From the NCBI RefSeq assembly GCF_009914755.1, contig NC_060936.1: DNA of 64,000 nt, one strand, 5' to 3'. Below the pieces are notes generated by a model. The model was not told where the DNA came from and ran no database searches. It was given only the letters and a program-made list of their open reading frames with translations. The translations under genes were made by a program, and so were the position numbers. Below are positions 46,346 through 64,000 of the stretch, piece after piece; within the stretch, counting starts at the first letter, position 1; every line of letters begins with the position of its first letter. Origin of the DNA: the human T2T-CHM13v2.0 reference genome, Homo sapiens.

Positions 46346-47837
46346 CCTGGGGCTTAAATCAAAGGGTATCATGCATTGAACCTGCTTATTCTTGCTCTGA
46401 AAGAATGACACTTGCATAATTACTGAAAAGAACAAGATGGCAACGGGCTCTCAGAACACATCAGGTTTCCAGACACCCAAACCCTGATGTTGAATTTCTG
46501 TAGAGTTATCAAAGAAAAGGCTCCAAACATACCAGAAAGCACCCCAAATCCATTTAGTGAAAAGCACTGTAACTACATGAGAAAGTGCAGAATCCCATAT
46601 CTTGGTTGCTTCAGCTGGACTTGCCCCTCAGTTCCAGCTTTCCTGACAAGGAAGAAGCTGGGGCATCACCTGGTTCCACCTGATAATGGAGGCTTAACAT
46701 CCTCTTACTTTTACAAAAGTAGGGGAACCAAGGCTGATTTTGTCCAAAGCCAACAGGTCGTCTTCCTGACTCCCAGTTCAGTTCTATTTCCCTGGGACGG
46801 TGCTGTGTCATTCTAGTTTTCCTACTAACCTTTTCCTTTTTAGAATTCCTTTTGCAGAACTTCTACCACCAAATCTAAAGCTAAACTAGTCAGAGGAGAA
46901 AACGTCAATAGTCAATCTTTGACATCTACACATATGACCTTGTCCCATTTCTCCCACACAGCTTAAGTCCACCAGTCAGTTAAATGTGCACTGATCTGGC
47001 TGTCAAGGCTGCTGACAGCTCAGCTCATTATGCCCAACTCACAAGCCTGTGCCACTCACACAGAACAGCTGGCACTGAGACAACTATGCTGCCAACACAT
47101 GATGCATCACCCATCGTCTCCGACATTCTTTGTGCCAGGGGAAAGCTGGGGCATTTCATGCTTCTCAAATTACACCTGTCAATGCAGCAATGTAAATTCT
47201 GAGAATGCACAGACTTAATTTTCAGTCCCTGATCTGCCACTTACTTTGCGACCTTGGCAAAATCCATTCAACCAATGTGGATGTTCCCCAGTGTATGTTA
47301 GGGGCTGGATATTTTAAGTTTAGATAGTTCCTCTTTTCTAGGACATCCTAGACTGAAAAAGACAAACTTAATAGGGTGTGACAAGTGTGAGGCCAGCTGG
47401 GAACATATAGGAAGGGGCATCTACCCCATGTGGGAGCAGGATTATGAAGCGACTTCCCAGAGGGAGCGGTAAACCAAAGCCCTAAAGGACAATTAACTTG
47501 ACTAGCTGAAGAAGGCGCGAGATGGGCATTCCAGAAGGAAGGAGTAGTCACTTGTACAAAAGCCAGGAGGTGACAGAGAAGGTCCGCTTAGGAAGTACAA
47601 GGAGTTCAGTACAACTGCTACCTTCTGTCTCTTGAACAAGCCTAGCTTATCCCTACATCTGGGCCTTCGCATTTACCGTCCTGCTCAGGACACTCTTCCC
47701 ACAGATCTCTGCACAGCTAAATCCTTCTCAACATCCACATCTGCTCAAATGCCAAATGCCTAAGAGGCTTTCACTGACCACTGCAGCTTAAATATCTGGT
47801 GCTCCCTGACACAAGGATTTAAGAACTGATCTTGTGA

Positions 47838-48490
47838 CCAGGCATGGTGGCTCGCGCCTGTAATCCCAGCACTTTGGGAGGCCGAGGCAGGCAGATCATG
47901 AGGTCAGGAGATCTAGACCATCCTGGCTAACACGGTGAAACCCTATCTCTACTAAAACAAAAACAAAAACAAAAAATTAGCTGGGCATGGTGGCAGGTAC
48001 CTATAGTCCTAGCTACTAGGGAGGCTGGGCAGGACAATAGCGTGAACCCAGGAGGCGGAGCTTGCAGTGAGCTGAGATCGCACCACTGCACTCCAGCCTG
48101 GGTGACAGAGCAAGACTCCATCTCAAAAAAAATGAAAAAACAAAACAAAACTCATCTTGTTTGATTGCTCCTTGCCGTATGCAAGGCTCCTTGGTGTACC
48201 GTGCTGGCAAGGAAGATAATAAATACTTGTTGACTGAACTATAATGTAATGGTTAAGTATACAGACTTTGGAGCCAGACTGCCCCAGTTCAAATGCAGGG
48301 CTCTGCTACTTTTTGGCTACGTGATCTTCAGCAAACAACTTCTCTGCTTCAGTTTTCCTCATCTGCAAAATAGGGATAACAGTACCTCTATCTCATCAAC
48401 TGTGAGGATTGAATGAGTTAAATCAGGTAATAAACTTAGAATAGCACCTGTCCCATACTAAACACTCAATAAATGTTAGCTATATTATTG
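47838..48490. mobile_element. Sense AluY-like (~47838-48150) followed by MIR (~48235-48490)
   Basis: Alu consensus; MIR core cagttttcctcatctgcaaaatagggataacagtacc. Confidence 0.85.
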
Positions 48491-50009
48491 AAATGGCTTC
48501 TCAGGAACCAGACTTCATTTAGATTGCTTAGAGAAGGTGAAGTTTCTGATTTTTAACATTTAGATGGCAATGTTAACTTAAAGAAAAAAAGGAACAGTTT
48601 TTTCCACAGGCAGCTGGCTGACACATTTCACTATGATCTCATTCAGCCTCCTTCCCATGTGGGCTGAGGTAGCCCTGCTCCTAAAAACAGAACATGGCTG
48701 CTGACATGGTCTCCTCAATCAGTTCCAAACACCAACCTCAAGAAAACACTTTTAAGATTTAATGGTCTTCTAAACTTGCTTATCTCCTTTGAAAGAGGAA
48801 GCCTGTTTAGAAGGCACTGAAATTTGTAGGGAAAAGTGACTAGCTTTAGGAATGTGGGTCTTCAGAGAAAAACACAAAACGTAATTATGAAGGCCATTTT
48901 ACCCTTCCAAGAGAATTTTAACAGAATTCCATCAAGAGTGTTTTAAAAGGAAATAAGTGAAAAATAGACATTTAAACAAGTAAACATCAAGCTCCAAAAT
49001 TAAACTAAAGTACCCAATATACCCAGAAAGTCTGGCCCATTTAAAAACCCACTTTGCAATTTTAGCTTAAAGTGTGTATTTGTTCATCTTCCTTGGTCTC
49101 ACAGAACTGGGACTGAAACTGAAATTGTGATATCAGGAAGGAGAGAAGACATAGCTGGTGGAGGCTGTCAATTCTTTTCTCCTGAGTGTTGGAGGACAGT
49201 ATTTTGGATGAAGGTCCTCATGACTGCTAGGAACAAAGTGCCTCAGCATTAGGTACCACGTTTAGAAAAAGACACTGAAACCAAATGGGAAAGACAACAG
49301 AACAATGTGGCATATTATGGCAGTTCTAGGAGAGAGAACCAGGAAAGCAACAAAGCATTCATAAGGAAGAGCCCAGCACAGGGAAAGACTAATTCCTAGA
49401 AGACATGTTTTTGATAGCCTTATACTCAAAGCAAGGTCAGGCCAGCAGCAGACATCACCCGGGAGCTGATCAGAAATGGAGAAGCAGAATCTGCATTTTA
49501 ACCAGATCCCAGGGGATTCACACACAGAAAAGCCTGAGGGGCTCTGCTCTACAAGGCAGTGGGCCCCAAACCAGGCTGCCTCTCAGAATCACCTGCAAAC
49601 TTCAAAAGGAAAAAAGGCAGATGTTGGGTCCCTATTCCAGACCAAGTGAGTCAATCACACTCTTTCTGGATATTGCCCAAGCACGTACCATTTTTCTTCT
49701 TCAGTTTCGGAGGGCAATTTTGATGCACATCCTCTGTTGAGAGTCACTGCTCCAGAACAAAGTAAAGATCTAGTCTCAAAAGACAAAGAAAAGCTATGCA
49801 TTCTAATGAGACATGTATATGTGGGGTGAAAATACAGATACAGAGAGCAGTGGGAAGTTAAGGAAAAAAAAAAGCAATCATTGTTTCCACTTAAAAACTC
49901 TTCTGCTGCTCAGCCCTAGTGGGAAGAGGAACCTAACCAATCTTATCTCAGGAGGAAACACCTTATTTTCTCAGGCAAGTGCCTACCTGTCCACAGCACC
50001 AGCTTGTCA

Positions 50010-50177
<168 letters not shown>

Positions 50178-50299
50178 TTATGTTTCACTCATTTAATCCA
50201 CAGCCAAAACTAAAACAACTTTGTTCTACTGATTCTGGTGTTTTAATAGAAAGCTGAAATTTGCCTGGGTCTCTTGTTACTACAAGGCAGGAAAACAAC

Positions 50300-51862
<1,563 letters not shown>

Positions 51863-52382
51863 TTAAATGCCTAAGCGATCTCCTCCTATGCAAGCAAGTC
51901 TCAAGTGAATCCCATTCAAGTGGACATTTATATATGTGGAAAGAAGAAAACATTTGCTTTTAACAACAGAAGGTCCAAGCAGAAAGCATGAAAGTCAAGG
52001 ACACAGAGCTGACTCATCCTGCAGCTTTTGAAAAAAACAAAAACACCCAAAAAACAAATTCCATGAATGGCAAGAAAGTTTTCCCAAGACAACCTCCTTT
52101 TGGTCTTCCTATCTCAAATGCCTTCCATACGGCCTGCCTCCAACCCATCAAGCTCATGCTCTGCTCCCACTCCTAGAACACCATGTCATCTTGCATGTGA
52201 AACAGCAAATAATGAAACCTGGTTTCTCCACGTGGGTATGATGTGGTGCTCCAACTGGAGGGGTCCTGAGGGCAAGATCCTCCCTCTGGCATGTCCACAG
52301 TTATAAAAAGACTAGAACTCCCTCCCAGGGCTCATTGGGTGAAAAAGGAAAGACATATTCTCAAAGATCACAGCAGTACCTA

Positions 52383-52622
<240 letters not shown>

Positions 52623-52954
52623 TTAAAAAAAAAAATCCAAAACAACCCCCGTTTAAAAAAAAAAAATTGCAAAACACTCTCCCCCAAAACTCAAATCCCC
52701 AATCTCCATTCCCTAGACCTTCCCATTGTAAAAAACAGATTAGAAAATTCCAGAACATAATTAATTCATTCCAAAGTTAATTGTTTCCAAAGAAATAAAC
52801 TCGTTTTTAAATAACCAGTTAGCTTTACTTTTTATTGGCAATAGTGATGAGAGTAGAGACAATCGGAAGGAAGAGTTGTGCATTCTCAGTACTGTGTATT
52901 ACAGATTAATTCAGATAGGACTGTGCTACAAAAAAGCTTAAGATGTTTGAACTA

Positions 52955-53170
52955 GGAGCTGGCAAGCTATGACTCATGGGCCAAAGCTTGCCCACTGTCT
53001 GTTTTTATAAAGTTTTATTGGACCACAACCATGCTCATTCATTTACATGTTACCCAGGGCTGCTTTTGTGCTACAACAGCAGAGCTGAGTAGTTGTGACA
53101 GAATGTATGACCTGCAAGCCTATTAATATTTACTATCTGCCCCTTTACAGAAAAAGTTTGCTTATCCCTG
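52955..53170. mobile_element. MER58A-like
   Basis: ataaagttttattggaccacaacc...cctttacagaaaaagtttgc. Confidence 0.8.
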
Positions 53171-53621
53171 GTCTACACTAAACACTTCCTAAGAGAAAGT
53201 AATGGATTTTTAAAAATTGACTTAAGAGAATTTCTTGAAAATTCCAAATGGCAAAGGCAGATATTTTGATCTTGTCTAAGCTTTTGGGTCATTTGTCACA
53301 TATGACAATGGGCTCTCTCAACCAAGTCACCTTTTCTTTAAAGCAGGAGAAAAAATTCTACCACATGGTTCAAGTTTGCAAGACTTTTGCCAAGTCCTAA
53401 AAATGGGCAGTCTAATTAGTACTGGGGTCCAAATGCCACCTCATTCATTTGAGTGTAAAGGAATCTCTCTGCTTCTGGTGCCCCATCGAAGCCTCTCTCC
53501 CACTGACTTGCTTCCCTCTGTTTTTGTTTCAGAGACAACAATGTGGTGTGGTCTCCTCTTCATGAGCTGATTTGCAGGGTCTTTAAAACCACTCAGATTG
53601 TTATGTAGCAGCAGCTCTTAC

Positions 53622-53704
53622 CTTTTCCTAAATGCATTATCTAAAAACTGTATTGAAGAATTAGTCATTGGAGTCTTGGCTTGCCTAATTAACCAGTGCT
53701 TGTT
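53622..53704 (-). CDS. GNS: GNS exon 7
   Basis: ttttag|AAC...AAAG|gtaaga; 83 nt; NKHWLIRQAKTPMTNSSIQFLDNAFRK(R). Confidence 0.95.
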
Positions 53705-54099
53705 CTAAAATTTAGAAGAAAAAAAATGTTAACACCAAGTCACCACAGTCAAACAAACTACTGGATTACTAGAGTAGATAATAAATAGAACCGTTTCACT
53801 CATACTTCAGCAAGAAGGAACTAACTGGAACTTGTTTAAGCAATTTCAGAACTTCTCTCCCTTCCTGTGTTCCTAAAATAGAAATTTCTGTAGATTAACT
53901 CAATCTCTCATTCTTCAGCTTCCCAGCACCTCCCAAACCATAAAAGGTCTTGGCTTCTCTGTTGGCAGTATTAAGAGATTTTAGAGGATGTCACTGGGAA
54001 ACTACTAGCTAAAGCGAGATTACATTTACAACTCTGATCTTATGCCTTTGGTCTACTACAATTAGAAAATGGGCAAATAACTTTACCTTCCTCTAAGTT

Positions 54100-54435
<336 letters not shown>

Positions 54436-54809
54436 TAAGTTTTGCCTAGCCAAGATATCGGTCACCCTAGATCCTAAGGAAAAATCTTATTACAGCAATT
54501 TCCTAAAACTTCAAGTCTAAATCTGGAGGGCCCTCCCATTTAAACAAAGACATCCCTATATACTATTCTCTCTTCTCTATTCGTAAAACCCTAAGCCACC
54601 AGATCTCAAACTATGCTCCTCAAAGTGTTATTAAGTTTGAGAAATGCTGTATAGCATATTCTCCTGCTAGAAATTCACATTCGATCATGAATAACTCTGA
54701 GAAGTCCTGTAGCAGAGTGACTTATTTAACTCAAACTTTCCAAACTTACTTGACCATGGGAACTTTTTATTAACTTCTTTTGGAACACAGATTGAGAATC
54801 GTCCTATTT

Positions 54810-55400
<591 letters not shown>

Positions 55401-55947
55401 ACCTTACAAGCAATTACAATTTCTGGATAACAAACCTGAGGCAATGCAGGCCTTCTGTCTTTGAACCAGGGAACTGTCTATACACCAAGCCAAGGGAAGT
55501 ATAAGTAATTGGCACGTGAGGCAAATACATGGGTTGTTGTGGTTCTTAATCATGTCACCTCGTTCATTTTTCCATTCAACTTCCCTTTCCAACCATATTG
55601 CTCTGTGCCACCCCTTCTTCCCATGCCTCAAAGGCTAGTGAGGGCCACCAGGAGGCTGGTGCAGTCCCGGCTATGCCAGGAGGGAGGAGAGTCAGCACAG
55701 AGGTTACCAGGAGAGCCTGAGTGATATTCCTGTAAATTGGGAAAGATGGCATTCTTTACCATTCCCTGTCAACTCTCCAGCTGCTCACTGGATGTGTAGC
55801 AGGAACTTTATCTGTACTTGCAATGCAAGTTTATACTATTGGTTGTACTAGGGACAGATGCAATTACCTTTAAAATATTGTGAAGAAAAACCCACTACAT
55901 GGCTCAAAGGCTTCCTGACAAGTATACCATATAGTTAATGATACTTA

Positions 55948-56175
<228 letters not shown>

Positions 56176-56789
56176 CTACCTTACCCAACAGATGAGTATT
56201 TAATAGATAAATGTCTTCTGGTGAGCAGACAGTACAGGGTCTTACTAGCTTTTAAGCAATCTTAGCACATGATCTTATGTCATAGCCATTTGCAAGCATA
56301 TTGTTGGAACAAATATATTTGTTTTTTAGGCAATACTTTAAAAACTGAGAAGCATACCAACATAAGAAGGCAATTAAGATCTTGATGACTTTTTATGACC
56401 TAGAAATCATGTCTCCCACAAAGAAGGAAACAGTAACTTGGATATTTTACTATTAACTTACACTAATGGAGATTATGGTATCTACATGTGATGCCTTAAA
56501 GAATGTAAAAAGACAGTCAACTTAAAACAGTGGGAAAGGTAGATTAAGTTACCTTAACCTTATGAAAATATGTAGAAAGTAGATGTCATAAATTATGCAC
56601 TGAAGTAGCTAAGTGAATAATATTAGATTCAAATACATTCCACTAGGGTTTTAATACATGGACTTAAGTTTTGCCTTTGCTTATCAGGAGATACTTTATG
56701 AAAATGAAAGCATGCTACATACATGTTGTTTTTCATTGTTCTGAAGTAGTTTCATGTATTCCCAACACTAACTCAACAGATACTGACTG

Positions 56790-57150
56790 TATCTATCTCC
56801 TATAATCCCTCCATCCACCTTTCACTCCAGTCCTGTCAGCTTCCTTGTGGTTTCTCAAATATGCCAGGTATACTCCTGCCTCAGGGCCCTCCTACTTACT
56901 ATTCCCTGACTCTGTAGCACTCTTCCCCCTGATCTGCACAGCTCATTCTCACCTACTTCAGGTTTCTGCTTAAATGTTATCTAAGTAACCTCATACCCTA
57001 ACTTATTTCTCGAACTGATCACCAGCTAATGATGCAACACATAAGACTGTGTGTGTTTGTGTGTGTAAATAAAATTAACTTCCACAGAATCAGGGACTTT
57101 GCTTCATTTACTGTTGAACACTGGCTACACTAGGTGCTCAACTATTGAGT
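56790..57150. mobile_element. L2-like 3' end
   Basis: ctcctgcctcagggccc...taggtgctcaactattgagtgaat. Confidence 0.7.
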
Positions 57151-57593
57151 GAATATATAATACTATTGAAGACTGTCATTAGAAACGCCTCAGAATAGGA
57201 AAGTCCCAATTTCACCTGCTTTCAGTAATTTTTATATGTAAATACCCAATGCCCAAATAAATCCAGTATCCCTATCTCTCCATCCTCATAATGGGGCCTG
57301 TGAAGCTGACATCTTGTAGCTTGTGAGTAAAACCGGGGTCAAGAGTAGGTACACTTACAAAGTAAAACCTCTACAAAGTAATTCTGTAGTCGAAGAGATT
57401 AACCTTTGGAAAAGGGATTTGTTGCTGGAATTTCAAGAGCATTAGATCTGAGCCTGGCTTATACACAAAGAAAACACCCTGAGGAGTTTGTAATCAGCTG
57501 GAAATACTCTTGGGCAGTTAGACCAAGTTACTGTGCATTTATATTACCCAACACAAACGAATAAGATTATAGGTTTTCTAGGCAGAGTCTTCA

Positions 57594-57746
<153 letters not shown>

Positions 57747-58039
57747 CTATTAAAAAGAGGAAAGTCAAATTTGTTATGAGGTCAGTGCACAAAGTGGAAG
57801 TCTGAATCCGTGCTGGGCTAAACTCTACTCTGAGCAGTGATAAGACATTAAAAAGATAATTACTCAAGTCAATACTGAATTGGATTTTTTGACTAGGGTT
57901 TTATTAAAGACAAGCATAGTTTCAATTATGCATTCTAGTTTAAAAGCCAGAAGTAGATCAGGTAGAAAAGCAAACTACTTTGCTAAACCTTGTACAATGC
58001 AGGAAAAACATCCCAGAAAGGAGTGACTCACAAGTCAAT

Positions 58040-58043
<4 letters not shown>

Positions 58044-58076
<33 letters not shown>

Positions 58077-58355
58077 ACAGAGTCTCTCTTTGTTGCCCAG
58101 ACTGGAATGCAGTGGCACAATCACAGCTCACTGCAGCCTCAAATTCCTGGGCTCAAGTGATCTTCTTACCTCAGCCTCCCGAGTAGCTGGGACTACAGGC
58201 ACACGCCACCACACCCAGCTAATTTTAAAATTTTTTGTTGAAATGGGGTCTCGCCATTTTGCCCAGGCTGGTCTCGAACTCCTGAACTCAAGAGATCCTC
58301 CTGTCTCTGCCTCCCAAAGTGTTGGGATTCTAGGCGTGAGCCACTACACCTGGCC
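58044..58355 (-). mobile_element. AluJ-like in GNS intron 4
   Basis: Alu consensus; flanking cacaagtcaata TSD. Confidence 0.92.
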
Positions 58356-58482
58356 ACAAGTCAATAAATTTTAAGGTTTTTAAAATGACTAATTGTAAAA
58401 GCAAATAAAGTTATGTCAATATCAGAGCTAAATTAAACATATTCTGCATCTGTAGGGCTGCATAAAATTGTCACAGACTTCA

Positions 58483-58596
<114 letters not shown>

Positions 58597-58734
58597 TTAG
58601 ATATGACCAGACCAGAAAGAAACAGGAAATTTTACAATCTTTTTAGACCAGTGCCTGAAACATAGTAGGTACCTAATTTCCCCAAATAGACACTAGTCAA
58701 AAATAAACGCTAATAATCCTAGGAACTTCTAAAG

Positions 58735-59370
58735 CAGGAGTTGGCAAACTACAGCCAGTGAGCCAAATCTGGCCTGATGACTTTTGTATGAACAGCAAGC
58801 TAAGAATTTAACAATTTTAAAATATAAAAGTTAATCAAAATAAGAATATTTTGTGAAATGTGACAATTACATAAAATTCAAATTTTAACAGCGATAAAGA
58901 GTTTTATTGGAACACAGCCACATTCATTTACATAGTGCAGTGTCTGTGGCTGCTTTCACGCTACAGTGGCAGAGCTGAATAGTAGCAACAGAGACATATG
59001 GCCTGCAAGGCCTGAAATGTTTACTATCTGACCCACTACAGAAAAAGTCCACACAGCCTACCCCACACAGCCTATTCATGGGGTGAATGCTGAGCTGCTG
59101 ATACCATAGACTGAATAGTCCAACTGACCCTAAGCAGTTCAAATAATCAGACTATAAGCTATTGACTTATTATAAGTTGAACATCCCAAATCTGAAAATC
59201 CAAAACTTTTTGAGTGCCAACACGACACTCAAAGGAAATGTTCACTGGAGCACTTCAGATTTTCAGATTTGGACTGTTCAACCAGTAAGTATCATGCAAA
59301 TATTTCAAAATCCAAAAAATCTGAAACGCAAAATACTTCTGCTCCCAAGCATTTTGGATAAGGGATAATC
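58735..59370. mobile_element. MER58B-like (~58735-59060) and Tigger4/MER46-like (~59172-59370)
   Basis: caggagttggcaaactacagcc; gttgaacatcccaaatctgaaaatcc...ttttggataagggata. Confidence 0.75.
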
Positions 59371-60541
59371 TGTATTTCAGTTGCCCTGCAGATGAAACCC
59401 ACTTTTAGAGCTCGATTTATCTGATGAGATGAATAAAATAAAGAAACCACAGAATTATCCCACTTTATCCTTACAAGGTTTAATGCCATCCACTTAAGGC
59501 AGAATTTAATCCCTGAAAACAAAATCTTTATACTTTAACGATCTCTCTTAATTTTATATACACATCAGATGACCTTCAAATATGCAAAGTAGTGTAAGCT
59601 CTCTTTATGACCCATAGCCCCAACCAAATGATCCAGTATCCACAGTTCCTATTTCTCATGATCCTTTTCAAACTGACTCATCTTCCTGTAAACTCACAAG
59701 GTTGCAGATTTCCCCAATTATTGGGGGGAGGGGAGAATTAACAGAAAATCCAGATCAGATATTAAGATCTCTAGCAACTACAGATAAAGAGCATAAGTAC
59801 ATTTTCTCTGTCTTGAACCCCCACTTTAACTGTAAGAGCTAACCCCAAACATTCTCGAACATACTATTTCCTTTAAGCTTGGACTTTGGGTAAAAGCTAA
59901 GGCCAATGTGTGAATGTGGGCACATGGAATCCAGCCTTGACAGGTCACCACGAGGTATCCCTCCATCCAGGTCTACAAGGCTGGTGTACCAGCTGCTGGC
60001 CATACACTTTAATGACCTGCACGACCCTGACTCTGGGTAACTAATCTCTGCACATTTTGTTGCCATGTTTCACATCAGAAAATGAATTAAGCATTAAGTT
60101 GTTATAATTCAGAAAAGATTCTAAGAAATCTGAGGAAAGATTCTAAGACGAAAAATATCTTCAGTTAGATACTGATAACAAGGAATGGAAACAAAGATAC
60201 CATGACAGCCACATGACAAACAGAATTCCTGAGGAAAAAGGGAAGACGCATCAGACAGCAGCACTCTTAGGACAATTTTTAAATACATGCTCCTGGGACT
60301 ACTGAAAGGAAGAACAAGTGCCCATATCATATAAATACACAAGTTCTTACCCAAATCATGTAAATATGTACATGTGTACTTATATGAACATATTTACATG
60401 ATATGGGTACTTGTTTAATGGGCAGATTCACAGAAAACAACGTATACCAAGAAATCCTTTAACATTAATTGAAATAATAAAATTAACATGAATTATATTC
60501 ACATTTTAAAAGCCATTATAAAAAAAGAAACAGATCATTCA

Positions 60542-60754
<213 letters not shown>

Positions 60755-61039
60755 CTACAAAGGAAAGGAAGCAAAAACGACAAAGTCACACAAGAAAGAT
60801 GGACTTCTCATCATTGTTAAAGAGAGTAAAGAAAAGCTCCTTAATACTCTAACTTCAAATATGTAGTTTCTCATGGAATATATATATTTTTTTCTACACA
60901 TGACATGCTTCAGGGCTGCTTTAAATCATAGTGGAGACATTAAAGCAGACAGAACAAACTGAGAACGGATTTCTTTCTCAAGTGGCTTCTTTCTGCAGGA
61001 TAACAGTAATTCTAGTCTCATCTGCCGCAGAGATAGTTG

Positions 61040-64000
<2,961 letters not shown>

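Noticed and set aside
52008-52017. MARE/AP-1 word GCTGACTCAT and scattered TGACTCA/CACGTG motifs
   Set aside because: Isolated short motifs at about chance frequency; no full CLEAR element seen, and the GNS promoter is outside the window

Overview
Primate, almost certainly human, genomic DNA from the RASSF3/GNS locus (12q14 from recall), with two convergent spliced genes. On the + strand are the last three coding exons of RASSF3 (RA and SARAH domains; stop at 7914-7916) and a ~2.7 kb 3'UTR ending near 10.6 kb. On the - strand are the last 12 coding exons of GNS (lysosomal N-acetylglucosamine-6-sulfatase, MPS IIID gene). All have GT-AG boundaries and join in frame into 468 codons plus TAG at 29767-29769, followed by a ~3.3 kb 3'UTR with two Alus that ends near 26.5 kb. 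The rest is intronic or intergenic DNA dense in Alu, L1, L2, MIR, LTR and DNA-transposon relics. Nearly all supplied ORFs are repeat-derived or spurious. I see no evidence for a new gene or new biological system. The best second-look items are small structures: a perfect 4x32-bp G-rich VNTR near a RASSF3 donor, perfect 88-bp and 33-bp tandem duplications, an 82-bp perfect palindrome, a fold-back hairpin inside one Alu, a templated-insertion scar in another Alu, a triple p53 half-site, divergent CTCF-like motifs, and inverted Alu pairs just past both poly(A) sites. Exon numbers and repeat subfamily names come from recall, not database searches; repeat boundaries are approximate.
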